A stretch of 19,424 bases of DNA from Verrucomicrobiota bacterium. GTDB taxonomy: Bacteria > Verrucomicrobiota > Verrucomicrobiia > Methylacidiphilales > JBCCWR01. The notes under the pieces were generated by a model. It was not told where the DNA came from, made no database searches, and saw only the letters and a program-made list of their open reading frames with translations. Position numbers and translations under genes: made by a program. The number at the start of each line of letters is the position of its first letter. Position 1 is the first letter of the stretch. The stretch is from the NCBI GenBank assembly GCA_039192515.1, contig JBCCXA010000045.1, positions 1 to 19,424 on the forward strand, given 5' to 3'. Shown one piece after another: positions 1 through 9,090 of the stretch.

Positions 1-455
1 AGAATCAATTTAATGAGGCGGGGTTAGAAGCTTTGCGTTTAGAGGAGATTGAAAGGCAACTTCAAGATGGTCGAAAGAAACTGGAATACACTGAAAGTGC
101 TTATCAGGAATTATTATGCACTCGGGATAAATCTATTAAGCTCGCACAAGATAAATGGAAAGTCCTAAAAAATACAATTGAAGAGACGGAACTAGAGACT
201 TCAATTGCTGAGTTCTATGAACTAGCTGATCAATTGACTGATGTCAAAGCCCCTCTTGTTGAGTTACAAGAACTCACTAAAGAAAATCTTTATGCTGCAC
301 GCGGACGTGCTCACTCATTAAAGGAGAAAATGGATTTAAAAGAGTTGGCCCAATTGAATCAACTATCGGACATTAATGTTAGGAGAGCTATATCTGATTT
401 TATTTCTCAAAAAGGCATTTTATCAGGTGAAGAGCCGTCTGAAGAAATAGGGTAG
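1..455 (+). CDS. C-terminal fragment (about 150 aa visible) of a hypothetical coiled-coil/charged protein. The 5' end lies outside the window.
   Basis: The frame of the listed ORF 33..455 stays open back to nt 3 with no stop (NQFNEAGLEALR...). The TTG at 33 is only the first start-like codon, so the gene almost certainly begins upstream of the window. The sequence is E/K/L-rich and helical. I do not recognise a family. Confidence 0.45.
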   Translation, partial: NQFNEAGLEALRLEEIERQLQDGRKKLEYTESAYQELLCTRDKSIKLAQDKWKVLKNTIEETELETSIAEFYELADQLTDVKAPLVELQELTKENLYAARGRAHSLKEKMDLKELAQLNQLSDINVRRAISDFISQKGILSGEEPSEEIG

Positions 456-508
456 CTAAGTCGTTTTTGTGTGGAAATATCCCATAAGTTAGCAAGGCAA
501 CAGGCAAG

Positions 509-565
509 CTACGCTTGAACTAGGCTGATACCTCGAGCGTAAGCCCGCGGGAAGTTTATCTTTTG
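509..565 (+). terminator. Possible terminator-like imperfect hairpin followed by a T-rich stretch, downstream of the truncated plus-strand ORF.
   Basis: aagcTACGCTtgaactaggctgatacctcgAGCGTAagc forms an imperfect inverted repeat (509-542). ttatcttttgattttttttg follows at ~548-570. The T-run overlaps the 3' end of the convergent giant ORF. Confidence 0.2.
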
Positions 566-3500
566 ATTTTTTTTGTTGCTGCTTTTTTTGCACCCTTAGA
601 CTTTTCGTTAGGTGGTTGTTTGGGAGAATACTTCATCTGCTTAAGTACGTGTTGATATTCTTTCATAGCGTGACCGATGGCATTCTTCATTTCAGCAACT
701 TGTTCAATGCTGAGCGATGTCGATTGCTGGACTGTATACAACAACGTTTCCATCATCTGTGATTGCCTCTGGAGTAACTGATTGAAAGCTTCAGGCAAGC
801 TATAAACGATTTCAACTTGATAAGGAGAAGCAGTAGCATAGGACTCTTCAGGGGTAGGGGAGGGACTTTCCTGAATTACAGGGGTAGCTTGAGTTGCCAT
901 GCTTTCTTGAGATAATTGCTTTTCGGAGACCACTTCTTTTTTGGGAGGGATAAGGCCTCTTGCCAGAACTTTCTTGATCTCTTCCAGCCCCTCATTGAAG
1001 GCGGATAGCTGAACAGCAACTTTTCCAACAGGGTCATTTTCGTCTACCTTGTCAAAGCGAAGATTAGTCTGGAATTTACTTTTAATATCGTTCCAACGTT
1101 GTAATTCCAGATCTGTCAAAAGCTTATTAAGTTCTTTAAACTTTAGAAGGTTTGCTTCTGCCCCTGCAGTTAAGGTTTGGGCTTCACTTACATAGTGATC
1201 GATAATTAATTGATCCAACTCTTTTTCATTCATAATAGGGGCGATTTTTTCGGCTAACCGATTCATATTACGGTAGGATCCTTGTAACTTGAAGGGTGGC
1301 TCAGTGCGGTAAGCATCTGATTGGGAGGCAGAATGTATATAAGCTAGATTGACCCTTAAAATAACGTCACGTAGCTTGATCAACTTCTGCATGACATTCA
1401 CCATTTCATCTACTTCTTCCATCGAGAAGCTGCCTTCAAAATTGATACCTTCTTTGGAACCTGTCTCAGCGATACGGATAATGGAGTAAATATCCTTCTG
1501 GCTACGGCTTGCTAATTGATTCAAAACAGAGTTCGAGGTAATAGAGTTTTCGAGATAGCTCAATTTAAAGGCATTTTCACTCCCTCCAAGAATATCTCCT
1601 AGGTTATAGGTGTCTGCTCTATTGGCTAACATGTCTGGGATCTGAAATTTTTCTCCACTTTCAGTATATGGATTTCCCGCCATGACCACTGCCACTTTTT
1701 TACCTCTTAGGTCGTAAGTTTTGGGTTGCTTAGCCCAAACGCCTTCAATACGTCTTTGCCCATCACATAGGGAGATAAATTTTTGTAAGAGTTCCGGGTT
1801 ACAATGTTGGATATCATCCAAGTAAATCATCACATTATCACCCATTTCAAAGGCTAGGTTTAGTTTTGTGAGTTCTTCTCTGGCACTGGCATTGGGCGCT
1901 TCCTCAGGGTCTAGTGACATGACGCGGTGCCCCAAGGTGGGTCCACTAATTTTCATAAAGACTAATCCTAGTCGATTAGCGATATACTCCATCAGGGTTG
2001 TCTTACCATAACCAGGTGGAGATATAACGAGGAGGAGACCCATGAGGTCTGTTCTTTTAGATTCTCCTGCGTTGCCTAATTGTTTGGCTAGATTATCACC
2101 TACCATAGGCAGGTAAATATCATTAATTAAGCGGTTCCGGACAAAAGAGCTTAAAACGCGAGGTTTAAATTCATCCAGTTTTAATTTTCTCCTCTCTTCA
2201 CGAATCAGATCCTTTTTGGCGTTCTGATAGGACTCAAACTGTGGAGTGATATTCTTTTCGAAAAAGGACAAGCGTTTTATGAACTCGTGATAATCTAATG
2301 TGTATCCCTTCTGGTTCAAGCTAGGATGGTTTCCTCTTAATTTACCTAAAGATTTTGTTGCTGAAGTGCTGACTATTTTAAATTTATTTTGACTATCCAG
2401 GAGTATCAGAATCGAAGCTTCGTCAACATGTTGAATAAGTTTAGTATCATTTAGCTCACGGGCAAAGCCTCCGACCCAGTCGCGGATAAGCTCAAAGAGG
2501 CTTGACCGATTATTCTGAATTTCTGCGCAGGCGGTTTGGAATTTTTCTGCATACTGATTTGATTTCAGAGAAGTTTGGAATTCATTTACTAGCGTGACCG
2601 CACTCTGGCTAGTAGAAAAGCTAGTTCCATTGCTGAGTTCTAAAAATAAATATTCAGCCGCTAGAGGTGCGTATGTTGTCGGAAAGAGTTTAGTCTGTCC
2701 TAAAAAGTCGTTTATTTTAGATTCTAAATCTTCGATATACACATCGCAAAGTGGATTCCCTTGATAAAGTTCCTTCATTGTCCCAAAGCTGGCAAATTTG
2801 GTTTTTAAATTCTGCTTGCTTTGGTTCTCTTCGAATAAGCTCCAGAAGAGTAGTGCTGCTGTTCGAATGGATGGTGCATATCTAATGAGCCCTAAATTTT
2901 TATGTATGCTAAGAAGATTTGAGAATATGGTGGAGGCATCTTGATCATGAACACCTTTGACATAGCCTTCGGCATAGCGAGTGGACATAAACTCTTGTAA
3001 GTATGAATGTAAGTTATCTAAGTTTTTCCCTAGAGACCTCTGTAAAGTAACTTCATCGCTATTTTGGAATTGTTTTAAAAGTAGGTAAGCTAAATATTCT
3101 GCACGGTAGACGTCATCATTTTCTGAAATTACATCTTGAGTCCAAACTTGTCGGGTTTGAAGAAAACGGTCATCGGTAATTTTAGAGAAATAGTTTGTTC
3201 CAGTTAGGTGGAAGAACATATCATTCTCTTTTCTGACTATGGTTAAGTCCAGGGATTGCGTGTTTACAGAGAAGCTGTGTTTACCGAGTCGAATAATATT
3301 TTTCCCATCTATAAAGAGCTCTTGGCGGTCTTTTAATTGTCTGACAGAGTCCTCTTTGATAGTTTTAAGTCTGCCCTGAATATCATCTGCTTTGACGCTG
3401 TCTTCTAGTTGATGTAGCTCTTGAACAATATTGCGAATTTTTTCAACCATGAGATCTGCGGCCATATAGGCATTAATCTCATTGACAGTCTCTATGTTCT

Positions 3501-5859
3501 TAACACGATTACGTATACCATTAAAAATGCGTTCTGCTGAAGACATGAGCGCTTGGGCTCTTCTGTTTTTTGCTTCTACTAAGTTTAGCTTCTTAGACTC
3601 AAATGCATTATAGATTTCATCACGCTTTTCACTGATATCAGGTATAAACTCATCATATTCTGCAAATTGCCCCTCTAACTCTTCGAGTTGGATCATCAAC
3701 TTTGTCAAATATGCATCGCACTTCTCTGACGAGTCACAAAGGTCTAAGTAATTGACAACAGTTTGACCGATAAGTTTAAGCTGCGATCCGAATTGTGCTT
3801 TTGCTTCTGTTGAGCCTAATTCGCTTTTACGCTTCTTGAGTTCTGCTCTAGTTTGGTTGATGGATGAATAGATAGTAGAAATGTTATCTATTATTTTTGT
3901 CGTTTCTGTAGAGTCTTCTATTTTCAAGTTGCTTACAACATCAATAAGCATTTCAAGGCCGCTGCCCAAATGGTCGATCCTATCTTCTAAATCCTTGATC
4001 TCCATTACTGTGGAGGTATCTAAGACTTTATTCTGATGATCTTCAGCTTGCTGACGGTAGGTATTCAAGGCTTTAGGTTTTAAAAGAAATTTGACACAGT
4101 CTTCTGAAAGTTTTTGTGTATCTTCGGCAAGCGCACTCTCCATTTCATTTACACGCTCTAGATTCATATATCGAAGCTCTTTTAGAGATATTACTTCACC
4201 TCTTAGCATTCGCAGCTCTGTAAGTAGTTCTACAAATTGGGTGATTTCAGTAAATGAAGCTTTACAGGCCACTGCTAATTTCCCAGCTTTCGCTCTGGAA
4301 ATCTTTAATTGATCAGAAGCATGACGTTTTAGACGCACGACTTTGTCAAATTCATCAATGGCTGATTCCGAAGCTTGACGAATCTCGACTAGAGGCTTTT
4401 TGATCTCGAGAGCTTCAGGCTTATCTAGCCAGAAATATGCATCTGTGACAGTGGCAGTTTTGCTGACAAGATCAATATAGAGATCAGCATAGCTGTCATC
4501 TCGGTTAATGAGATTTAAGATCTCATGACATTCTGCCATACAGCGAACGAGTTCACGATTCCCAATTTTATAGAGAAAAGAGTCATTCTTCGTTTCTGTC
4601 GCTGCATTTGCGCAAAGAAAAGGTGTTTTCCAAACTTGTAGACTATGATGTTTTTGTGGTTCGCTACTTGATTTAAAATAGACCAATTCACCATTTTCGA
4701 ACAGTGAATACCCGTGACAAACGATGGGAGTTTTTACTTGCTGGTCAATAATGTTGTATTGCAACAATAGGTAGGTGCCACTTAAGCGGTTGTAGAATAC
4801 ATAAAGAAAATCCTCTCCATTAGGAGATTCAATTCTTCTAGAAAAAATCATATCTTTCAAATCGGTTCCGAATACTTTATGCTCGCCAGATTGTAAGTAA
4901 TAACCATCAGGAAAGATGATTCCATGGTCATCCGGTAGCAAAACACAAGCGCTTTCAATTTTATCGATACGAAGGACCTGATTGAGTTTTTCATTGAAAA
5001 CAAGGTGGCGAAAGTTCTTTTCTTGAAACGGTTTGACTTTTAAAAGAACAATTTTTCCCACGCTGGCATAGAAGATTTCTGCATCATCTAAAGTCTGATC
5101 TGGATTTTCTACTCTTTCTGAGTAAATGCCTTCTCCAACATCTGTATTGTTTTCGACTTTGACTGTTAGATCTCCCCCAGTAGTTTCAACGAAGAGACGA
5201 TTTTCAATGGATATATGCGGGTGACGTCCTTTTTGATGATGATCGCGGTGAGTCCGAATCCATTCAAATTCGTGTTGAGGAGGAAATGAAAATTCGTGGT
5301 CGAAACGATTACCTAAATACTTGATTTCGTCATTCTGTAAATTCCATTTAAAGGTCTTGATATCATTGATACTTTTACCAACGCGAAAGACCATAAAAAG
5401 ATTTGGCCCAATGATGCGAAATTTGGCAAACCTAGTATCTTTGTAGTATTTATATAACTGTTTAAAATCAAGAGGGAAGTCTCCTATAAAAATAATGCTT
5501 AAATCAAGTTCATGGAAGCTACTATCTTTATATTCATAGACTGAAAAAACATCACTAAGTTCTGTTTCAGTTTTTAAACCAAGATGAACATTATAGCCAA
5601 ATAGGAATCGATTTTTATTTAGAGGGGTGATGTCGCGAGCTACACAGTTATTTTTAGTTGTGACTCTGTCTGTCGTTAGTAAAGTTGACTCGATAGAACC
5701 AAACACTTCCTTGCGAGCTTGATTAAGGCGATTCAATCGTTCTTTTAAGTCTTCAGCATGATTCATTAGCCTGGATCTAATGATCTCGTAGGCACCGCTC
5801 TGTAGAGCTTCAGGTTTTTCTTTAGCGGTAGAGTCTTCTATGACTGCGTCTTCTGCCAT
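556..5859 (-). CDS. Giant 1767-aa multidomain protein. It has an N-terminal beta-rich domain (about aa 1-480), a long coiled-coil/alpha-helical region (about aa 480-1250), one AAA+ ATPase module of AAA_5 type (MoxR/McrB/dynein-like, about aa 1260-1480), and a C-terminal helical region with a P/S/T-rich linker and lysine-rich tail.
   Basis: An uninterrupted 5304-nt ORF with an ATG start at 5859 (MAEDAV...). The Walker A P-loop SPPGYGKTT is encoded at + coordinates 1996-2013 (residues 1283-1288). The Walker B-like hhhhDD motif (VMIYLDDIQH) is at about 1813-1827. The sensor/arginine region VAVVMAGNPYTESGEKFQIPDMLANRADTY is at about 1640-1695. The pattern D(D/E)I..N...LL..L...(insert)...NP...G...P.AL.NR is characteristic of AAA_5 family ATPases. 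Long heptad-like E/K/L/Q-rich stretches lie between aa ~480 and ~900. The basic C-terminal tail is KSKGAKKAATKKIKR. Confidence 0.8.
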   Translation of the reverse strand: MAEDAVIEDSTAKEKPEALQSGAYEIIRSRLMNHAEDLKERLNRLNQARKEVFGSIESTLLTTDRVTTKNNCVARDITPLNKNRFLFGYNVHLGLKTETELSDVFSVYEYKDSSFHELDLSIIFIGDFPLDFKQLYKYYKDTRFAKFRIIGPNLFMVFRVGKSINDIKTFKWNLQNDEIKYLGNRFDHEFSFPPQHEFEWIRTHRDHHQKGRHPHISIENRLFVETTGGDLTVKVENNTDVGEGIYSERVENPDQTLDDAEIFYASVGKIVLLKVKPFQEKNFRHLVFNEKLNQVLRIDKIESACVLLPDDHGIIFPDGYYLQSGEHKVFGTDLKDMIFSRRIESPNGEDFLYVFYNRLSGTYLLLQYNIIDQQVKTPIVCHGYSLFENGELVYFKSSSEPQKHHSLQVWKTPFLCANAATETKNDSFLYKIGNRELVRCMAECHEILNLINRDDSYADLYIDLVSKTATVTDAYFWLDKPEALEIKKPLVEIRQASESAIDEFDKVVRLKRHASDQLKISRAKAGKLAVACKASFTEITQFVELLTELRMLRGEVISLKELRYMNLERVNEMESALAEDTQKLSEDCVKFLLKPKALNTYRQQAEDHQNKVLDTSTVMEIKDLEDRIDHLGSGLEMLIDVVSNLKIEDSTETTKIIDNISTIYSSINQTRAELKKRKSELGSTEAKAQFGSQLKLIGQTVVNYLDLCDSSEKCDAYLTKLMIQLEELEGQFAEYDEFIPDISEKRDEIYNAFESKKLNLVEAKNRRAQALMSSAERIFNGIRNRVKNIETVNEINAYMAADLMVEKIRNIVQELHQLEDSVKADDIQGRLKTIKEDSVRQLKDRQELFIDGKNIIRLGKHSFSVNTQSLDLTIVRKENDMFFHLTGTNYFSKITDDRFLQTRQVWTQDVISENDDVYRAEYLAYLLLKQFQNSDEVTLQRSLGKNLDNLHSYLQEFMSTRYAEGYVKGVHDQDASTIFSNLLSIHKNLGLIRYAPSIRTAALLFWSLFEENQSKQNLKTKFASFGTMKELYQGNPLCDVYIEDLESKINDFLGQTKLFPTTYAPLAAEYLFLELSNGTSFSTSQSAVTLVNEFQTSLKSNQYAEKFQTACAEIQNNRSSLFELIRDWVGGFARELNDTKLIQHVDEASILILLDSQNKFKIVSTSATKSLGKLRGNHPSLNQKGYTLDYHEFIKRLSFFEKNITPQFESYQNAKKDLIREERRKLKLDEFKPRVLSSFVRNRLINDIYLPMVGDNLAKQLGNAGESKRTDLMGLLLVISPPGYGKTTLMEYIANRLGLVFMKISGPTLGHRVMSLDPEEAPNASAREELTKLNLAFEMGDNVMIYLDDIQHCNPELLQKFISLCDGQRRIEGVWAKQPKTYDLRGKKVAVVMAGNPYTESGEKFQIPDMLANRADTYNLGDILGGSENAFKLSYLENSITSNSVLNQLASRSQKDIYSIIRIAETGSKEGINFEGSFSMEEVDEMVNVMQKLIKLRDVILRVNLAYIHSASQSDAYRTEPPFKLQGSYRNMNRLAEKIAPIMNEKELDQLIIDHYVSEAQTLTAGAEANLLKFKELNKLLTDLELQRWNDIKSKFQTNLRFDKVDENDPVGKVAVQLSAFNEGLEEIKKVLARGLIPPKKEVVSEKQLSQESMATQATPVIQESPSPTPEESYATASPYQVEIVYSLPEAFNQLLQRQSQMMETLLYTVQQSTSLSIEQVAEMKNAIGHAMKEYQHVLKQMKYSPKQPPNEKSKGAKKAATKKIKR

Positions 5860-5861
5860 CG

Positions 5862-5915
5862 TTGCAAAATCATATTTAAAGAGGAGGTAGGAATCAAATA
5901 AAGCCTATTCTCCTC
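5862..5915 (-). terminator. Intercistronic stem-loop plus U-rich tract between the flotillin gene and the giant ATPase gene. It could be a partial terminator/attenuator or a processing site.
   Basis: Minus-strand RNA reads GAGGAG-aa-TAGG cuuuauuugauu CCUA-CCUCCUC. This gives a ~10-bp stem with a small bulge (+ 5881-5915). It is followed by UUUAAAUAUGAUUUUG (+ 5862-5880) and ends 2 nt before the ATG at 5859. There is no canonical SD in front of the giant ORF. Confidence 0.3.
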
Positions 5916-5931
5916 AACTTGTTCTAATCTC

Positions 5932-8013
5932 TTAATCTAAAACACTAGATACGTTGTTATCGCTGATACCTGACCTTTGAGCTATGCCCATAAGGCTCTC
6001 GATTAACCCTTTGGATTTAGGATCTGATGCTTGGTTAAGCATCTTTCCTAATGCAGCTGCTATGGTTAGGTTCATAATGTCTTCTGATGTAACACCTATC
6101 TGACCCATGAGATTTCGCAATTGTGAGCGAAAGTATTCAGGGTCCGAATTAAAAAAAGTTTTTTCGATGTTCGTAAGCACATTGCTTTTTCCTACAAGAC
6201 CATCAACCGATTTGCCTGCTGTAATAGCGTTAGTGATTTTATCGAAGAATTGAGTTTCTCCACCGATAATATCTACTTTGGCATTCTTAAGGGCCTCAGC
6301 TACCACAGAAGCTTGGCTTGTGGCGATGTCTTTTTGAATATCGATTTCAGCCAGTTGGATTTCCTTGTTCATATCTAACTTCAAACGGAACTCTTCGTGA
6401 TCGCGCCCCACTTCATCAAATAGTTTCATAGCTTCGGCCTTCTTGTGGATTCCTGTGGCTTCGGCTTCTGCTTTCATTTGAATCACGTTAGCTTCAGCCG
6501 TTCCCTCTTTTTCAAGAGCATGTGCTTTAGCTTCCATAACCTGAACATCCGCCATTCCAGCTGCAGCACATTCGGCAGCATCTGCCTCTGCCATGAGTTT
6601 TTGGGCGGCAGATTTCTTCTGAGCAGCTTTATAGTTTGCCTCAGCATCAATAACTACTTTTTCAGCTTCAAATTCCTTGGCTCTTTTGTCTGCCTCAGCT
6701 GCCTTCATTTGTATGATTAAGGCCTGTTCAGCTTCTTTCTCCGCTGCCGTAACATGAACTTTTTTATCACGATCGGCAGTAGCAAATGCTTCAGTATCCT
6801 TTATGCGTTCCTGTTCTTCGACAACTTGGCGTTCAACCATCACCCGTTCTCGAATAACGTCTTGGATACTTTTTTCCTCGAGTTCAACCGCACGAGTCTT
6901 CTCAATCCTAGCAAGTTCTACCACTCGTTCACGTTCTACTTTCTCGAGTAATTTATCTTTCTCTACGCGCTCAAGCTCCACGGCATCGGTGCGTTCTTTA
7001 TTGCGAACTGCTACGACGAGCGCTCGGTTCTTGTTCTCTTCAGCAATCTGAACTTCCTCATCCGTAGCAATACGAGCTAATTCAGATTTTTGGCGCTCTT
7101 TTTCCTGAACAGTTTTAGCTTCAGCTTGCTCACGGGCTGTAATTGCAGCAATTTCTCTTTGTTGTTTTTGTTCTGCCTCAGCTAGTTGCTTGTTTAGTTC
7201 TAAGACCGCTTCTCTGGCTTCAACATCTTGTTGAGTGATAATCTTTTCTTTTTCTCGATCAATCTCATTGGCCAAAATTTTCTGTTTCGCAGTTAAGTCG
7301 GTAATTTTCTTAATACCCTCTGAGTCCAGGATATTATCCGGATTTAAGAATTCTAGCTTTGTTTGTTCGAGGTAGTCGATAGCTGCATCATCAAGGACAT
7401 AGCCATTCAGATCTGTTCCAATTTGTTCTAGAATTTCATCTTTAAACTCTCTCCGAGCATTGTAGAGGTCTACAAAATCAAATTTTCTACCCACTGTTTT
7501 GAGTGCTTCGGAGAATTTTGCATCGAAAAGTGCTTCAAGCATCTTTTCATCGGAGGCACGTTTGCAACCAACAGATTGTGCTACTTTGAGAACGTCTTCT
7601 TGAGTCTTGTTCACTCTGACAAAAAAAGCGACTTTGATGTCTGCCCGCATGTTATCTCTGCAAATCAAACCATCTGCGCTAATTCTCGTGATTTCTACTC
7701 GCTTCACGGAAATTTCCATGAACTCCACGCGGTGCATAATAGGAACGATGAACATTCCATCAAAAGAGACTTTTGTGCCTCCCAAACCATTGCGAACCAG
7801 TGCTTGGCCTTGATCAACTTTTCTATAAAACTTCATGGCCATTACTAATAATGCTACAAATCCCAATACTAATAAGATCACTCCTGTTATTCCTATTGAT
7901 GTTATGATACCTCCGAGTCCAGAAAAAAACTCTCCAATTGCTGAAGAGCTTTGTTCAACTTCATACTGCCCCAGAATAAGCCAGGAACCGATGACTTGCT
8001 CTATGTTATTCAT
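5932..8013 (-). CDS. Flotillin-like SPFH/band-7 protein (YqiK/FloT type, 693 aa). It has an N-terminal TM helix, an SPFH domain, a long Glu/Ala-rich coiled coil and a C-terminal domain.
   Basis: The N-terminal hydrophobic helix is GGIITSIGITGVILLVLGFVALLVMAM. The SPFH-like core is RKVDQGQALVRNGLGGTKVSFDGMFIVPIMHRVEFMEISVKRVEI..ADGLICRDNMRADIKVAFFVRV. An extensive EA/EK/ER-repeat coiled coil (AEAEQKQQREIAAITAREQAEAK...) is typical of bacterial flotillins. It sits immediately downstream of a YqiJ/NfeD-like gene, as in the yqiJK and yuaF-floT arrangements. Confidence 0.85.
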   Translation of the reverse strand: MNNIEQVIGSWLILGQYEVEQSSSAIGEFFSGLGGIITSIGITGVILLVLGFVALLVMAMKFYRKVDQGQALVRNGLGGTKVSFDGMFIVPIMHRVEFMEISVKRVEITRISADGLICRDNMRADIKVAFFVRVNKTQEDVLKVAQSVGCKRASDEKMLEALFDAKFSEALKTVGRKFDFVDLYNARREFKDEILEQIGTDLNGYVLDDAAIDYLEQTKLEFLNPDNILDSEGIKKITDLTAKQKILANEIDREKEKIITQQDVEAREAVLELNKQLAEAEQKQQREIAAITAREQAEAKTVQEKERQKSELARIATDEEVQIAEENKNRALVVAVRNKERTDAVELERVEKDKLLEKVERERVVELARIEKTRAVELEEKSIQDVIRERVMVERQVVEEQERIKDTEAFATADRDKKVHVTAAEKEAEQALIIQMKAAEADKRAKEFEAEKVVIDAEANYKAAQKKSAAQKLMAEADAAECAAAGMADVQVMEAKAHALEKEGTAEANVIQMKAEAEATGIHKKAEAMKLFDEVGRDHEEFRLKLDMNKEIQLAEIDIQKDIATSQASVVAEALKNAKVDIIGGETQFFDKITNAITAGKSVDGLVGKSNVLTNIEKTFFNSDPEYFRSQLRNLMGQIGVTSEDIMNLTIAAALGKMLNQASDPKSKGLIESLMGIAQRSGISDNNVSSVLD

Positions 8014-8036
8014 TTTTTTGTCTTTCTACTTTTCTA

Positions 8037-8693
8037 TTAATCCATTTTTACTTCTTCGATTTTGCGAACGAGATAGGCTCCATTAGCCTTGTCATGTTTA
8101 ACTACTAGGGCGGAATCACCTCGTCTTAAATTTTGACTATCATCAGAAACTCTGACCTCCAGAGTAATACTGGAGCCAGATATATTGAGATCCGCTTGAC
8201 CAAAATCGGCTCTGACTTCTCCAGTTCTGATCTTACAAATCTGTCCTAGGACTCTCTTCTTACTTAAACCAATTTGGTTAAAATTTCTGAAAACGTAACG
8301 AAGCGGACGCGTAATCAAAGCACTTGCAAAAATAGCTAAAATAAAGCTAGGAATGACTATGAGTGCAGAAACCAAGAGAGAACCAAACGGAAAAAGATAG
8401 TTAGCGATAATACATAGGGCCCAAGTCACAAATACAATAACATTGAGGATGATCATCAAGGGAACTTCTCCTATGTTAAAAAACTTTAGTATTTGTGTGG
8501 ATGCTCCGACATGAGCATCAGCGTTTAAATCTAACTCTAAGTCAACATCACCATCTAGATCGAAATCAAATTCTAATGCATCAATATCTAAGCCGCCTAA
8601 AATAACTAGTACCCAATAAATCGCAAATAGCCCTAATATCACAGTTAGAACAAGATTCACTGGTTGTATGATTTGATCTAAAAATAGTCCCAT
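8037..8693 (-). CDS. YqiJ/NfeD-like inner-membrane protein (218 aa). It has TM helices, an acidic DxD-rich loop and a C-terminal NfeD-type OB-fold domain.
   Basis: It has an N-terminal TM segment, then the acidic stretch LDIDALEFDFDLDGDVDLELDLNADAH, then two further hydrophobic helices, then a C-terminal beta-rich segment (GQICKIRTGEVRADFGQADLNISGSSITLEVRV...GDSALVV) matching the NfeD short-form architecture. It is 23 bp upstream of the flotillin gene on the same strand. Confidence 0.75.
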   Translation of the reverse strand: MGLFLDQIIQPVNLVLTVILGLFAIYWVLVILGGLDIDALEFDFDLDGDVDLELDLNADAHVGASTQILKFFNIGEVPLMIILNVIVFVTWALCIIANYLFPFGSLLVSALIVIPSFILAIFASALITRPLRYVFRNFNQIGLSKKRVLGQICKIRTGEVRADFGQADLNISGSSITLEVRVSDDSQNLRRGDSALVVKHDKANGAYLVRKIEEVKMD

Positions 8694-9090
8694 CTTCTCT
8701 ATTTACCCTTTATAGTGGATGATTTAGTGAAACAATAGTGATTAAACTTGTACAGGCATATTACAATTTCTTTATGAAATTATAGCGTGCTATCTTATGA
8801 TTTTACATAGGATTGTGTATAAACTAATCGGCAATTGACACGGCTAAGTCGTAAATTAGCTGACATGTTGAGTTGTGGAGGATTTAAGCTTTGTCTCGTT
8901 TGCACTACTGGTGGTTTGATCATTGGGCACATACTAATGCGGATGCTAATAAGTGTCATCGAGTCATAGATGAAAATCAGCCTTACTACAATACATCACC
9001 GAGACGACATCTTTATTGCAGATGTGACCTTTGTGATATTTTCTTTAGTACTCGCGTTAAGAGATATCTGTTGGGTGTAGCAGAGGGTAT

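Noticed and set aside
4091-7848. Short plus-strand ORFs embedded in the giant ATPase and flotillin genes (4091..4312, 6445..6720, 6754..7051, 7576..7848 and others).
   Set aside because: They lie entirely inside long, well-supported minus-strand genes. The Ser/Cys/Phe-rich low-complexity translations are typical of antisense frames of E/K/A-rich coiled-coil coding sequence.
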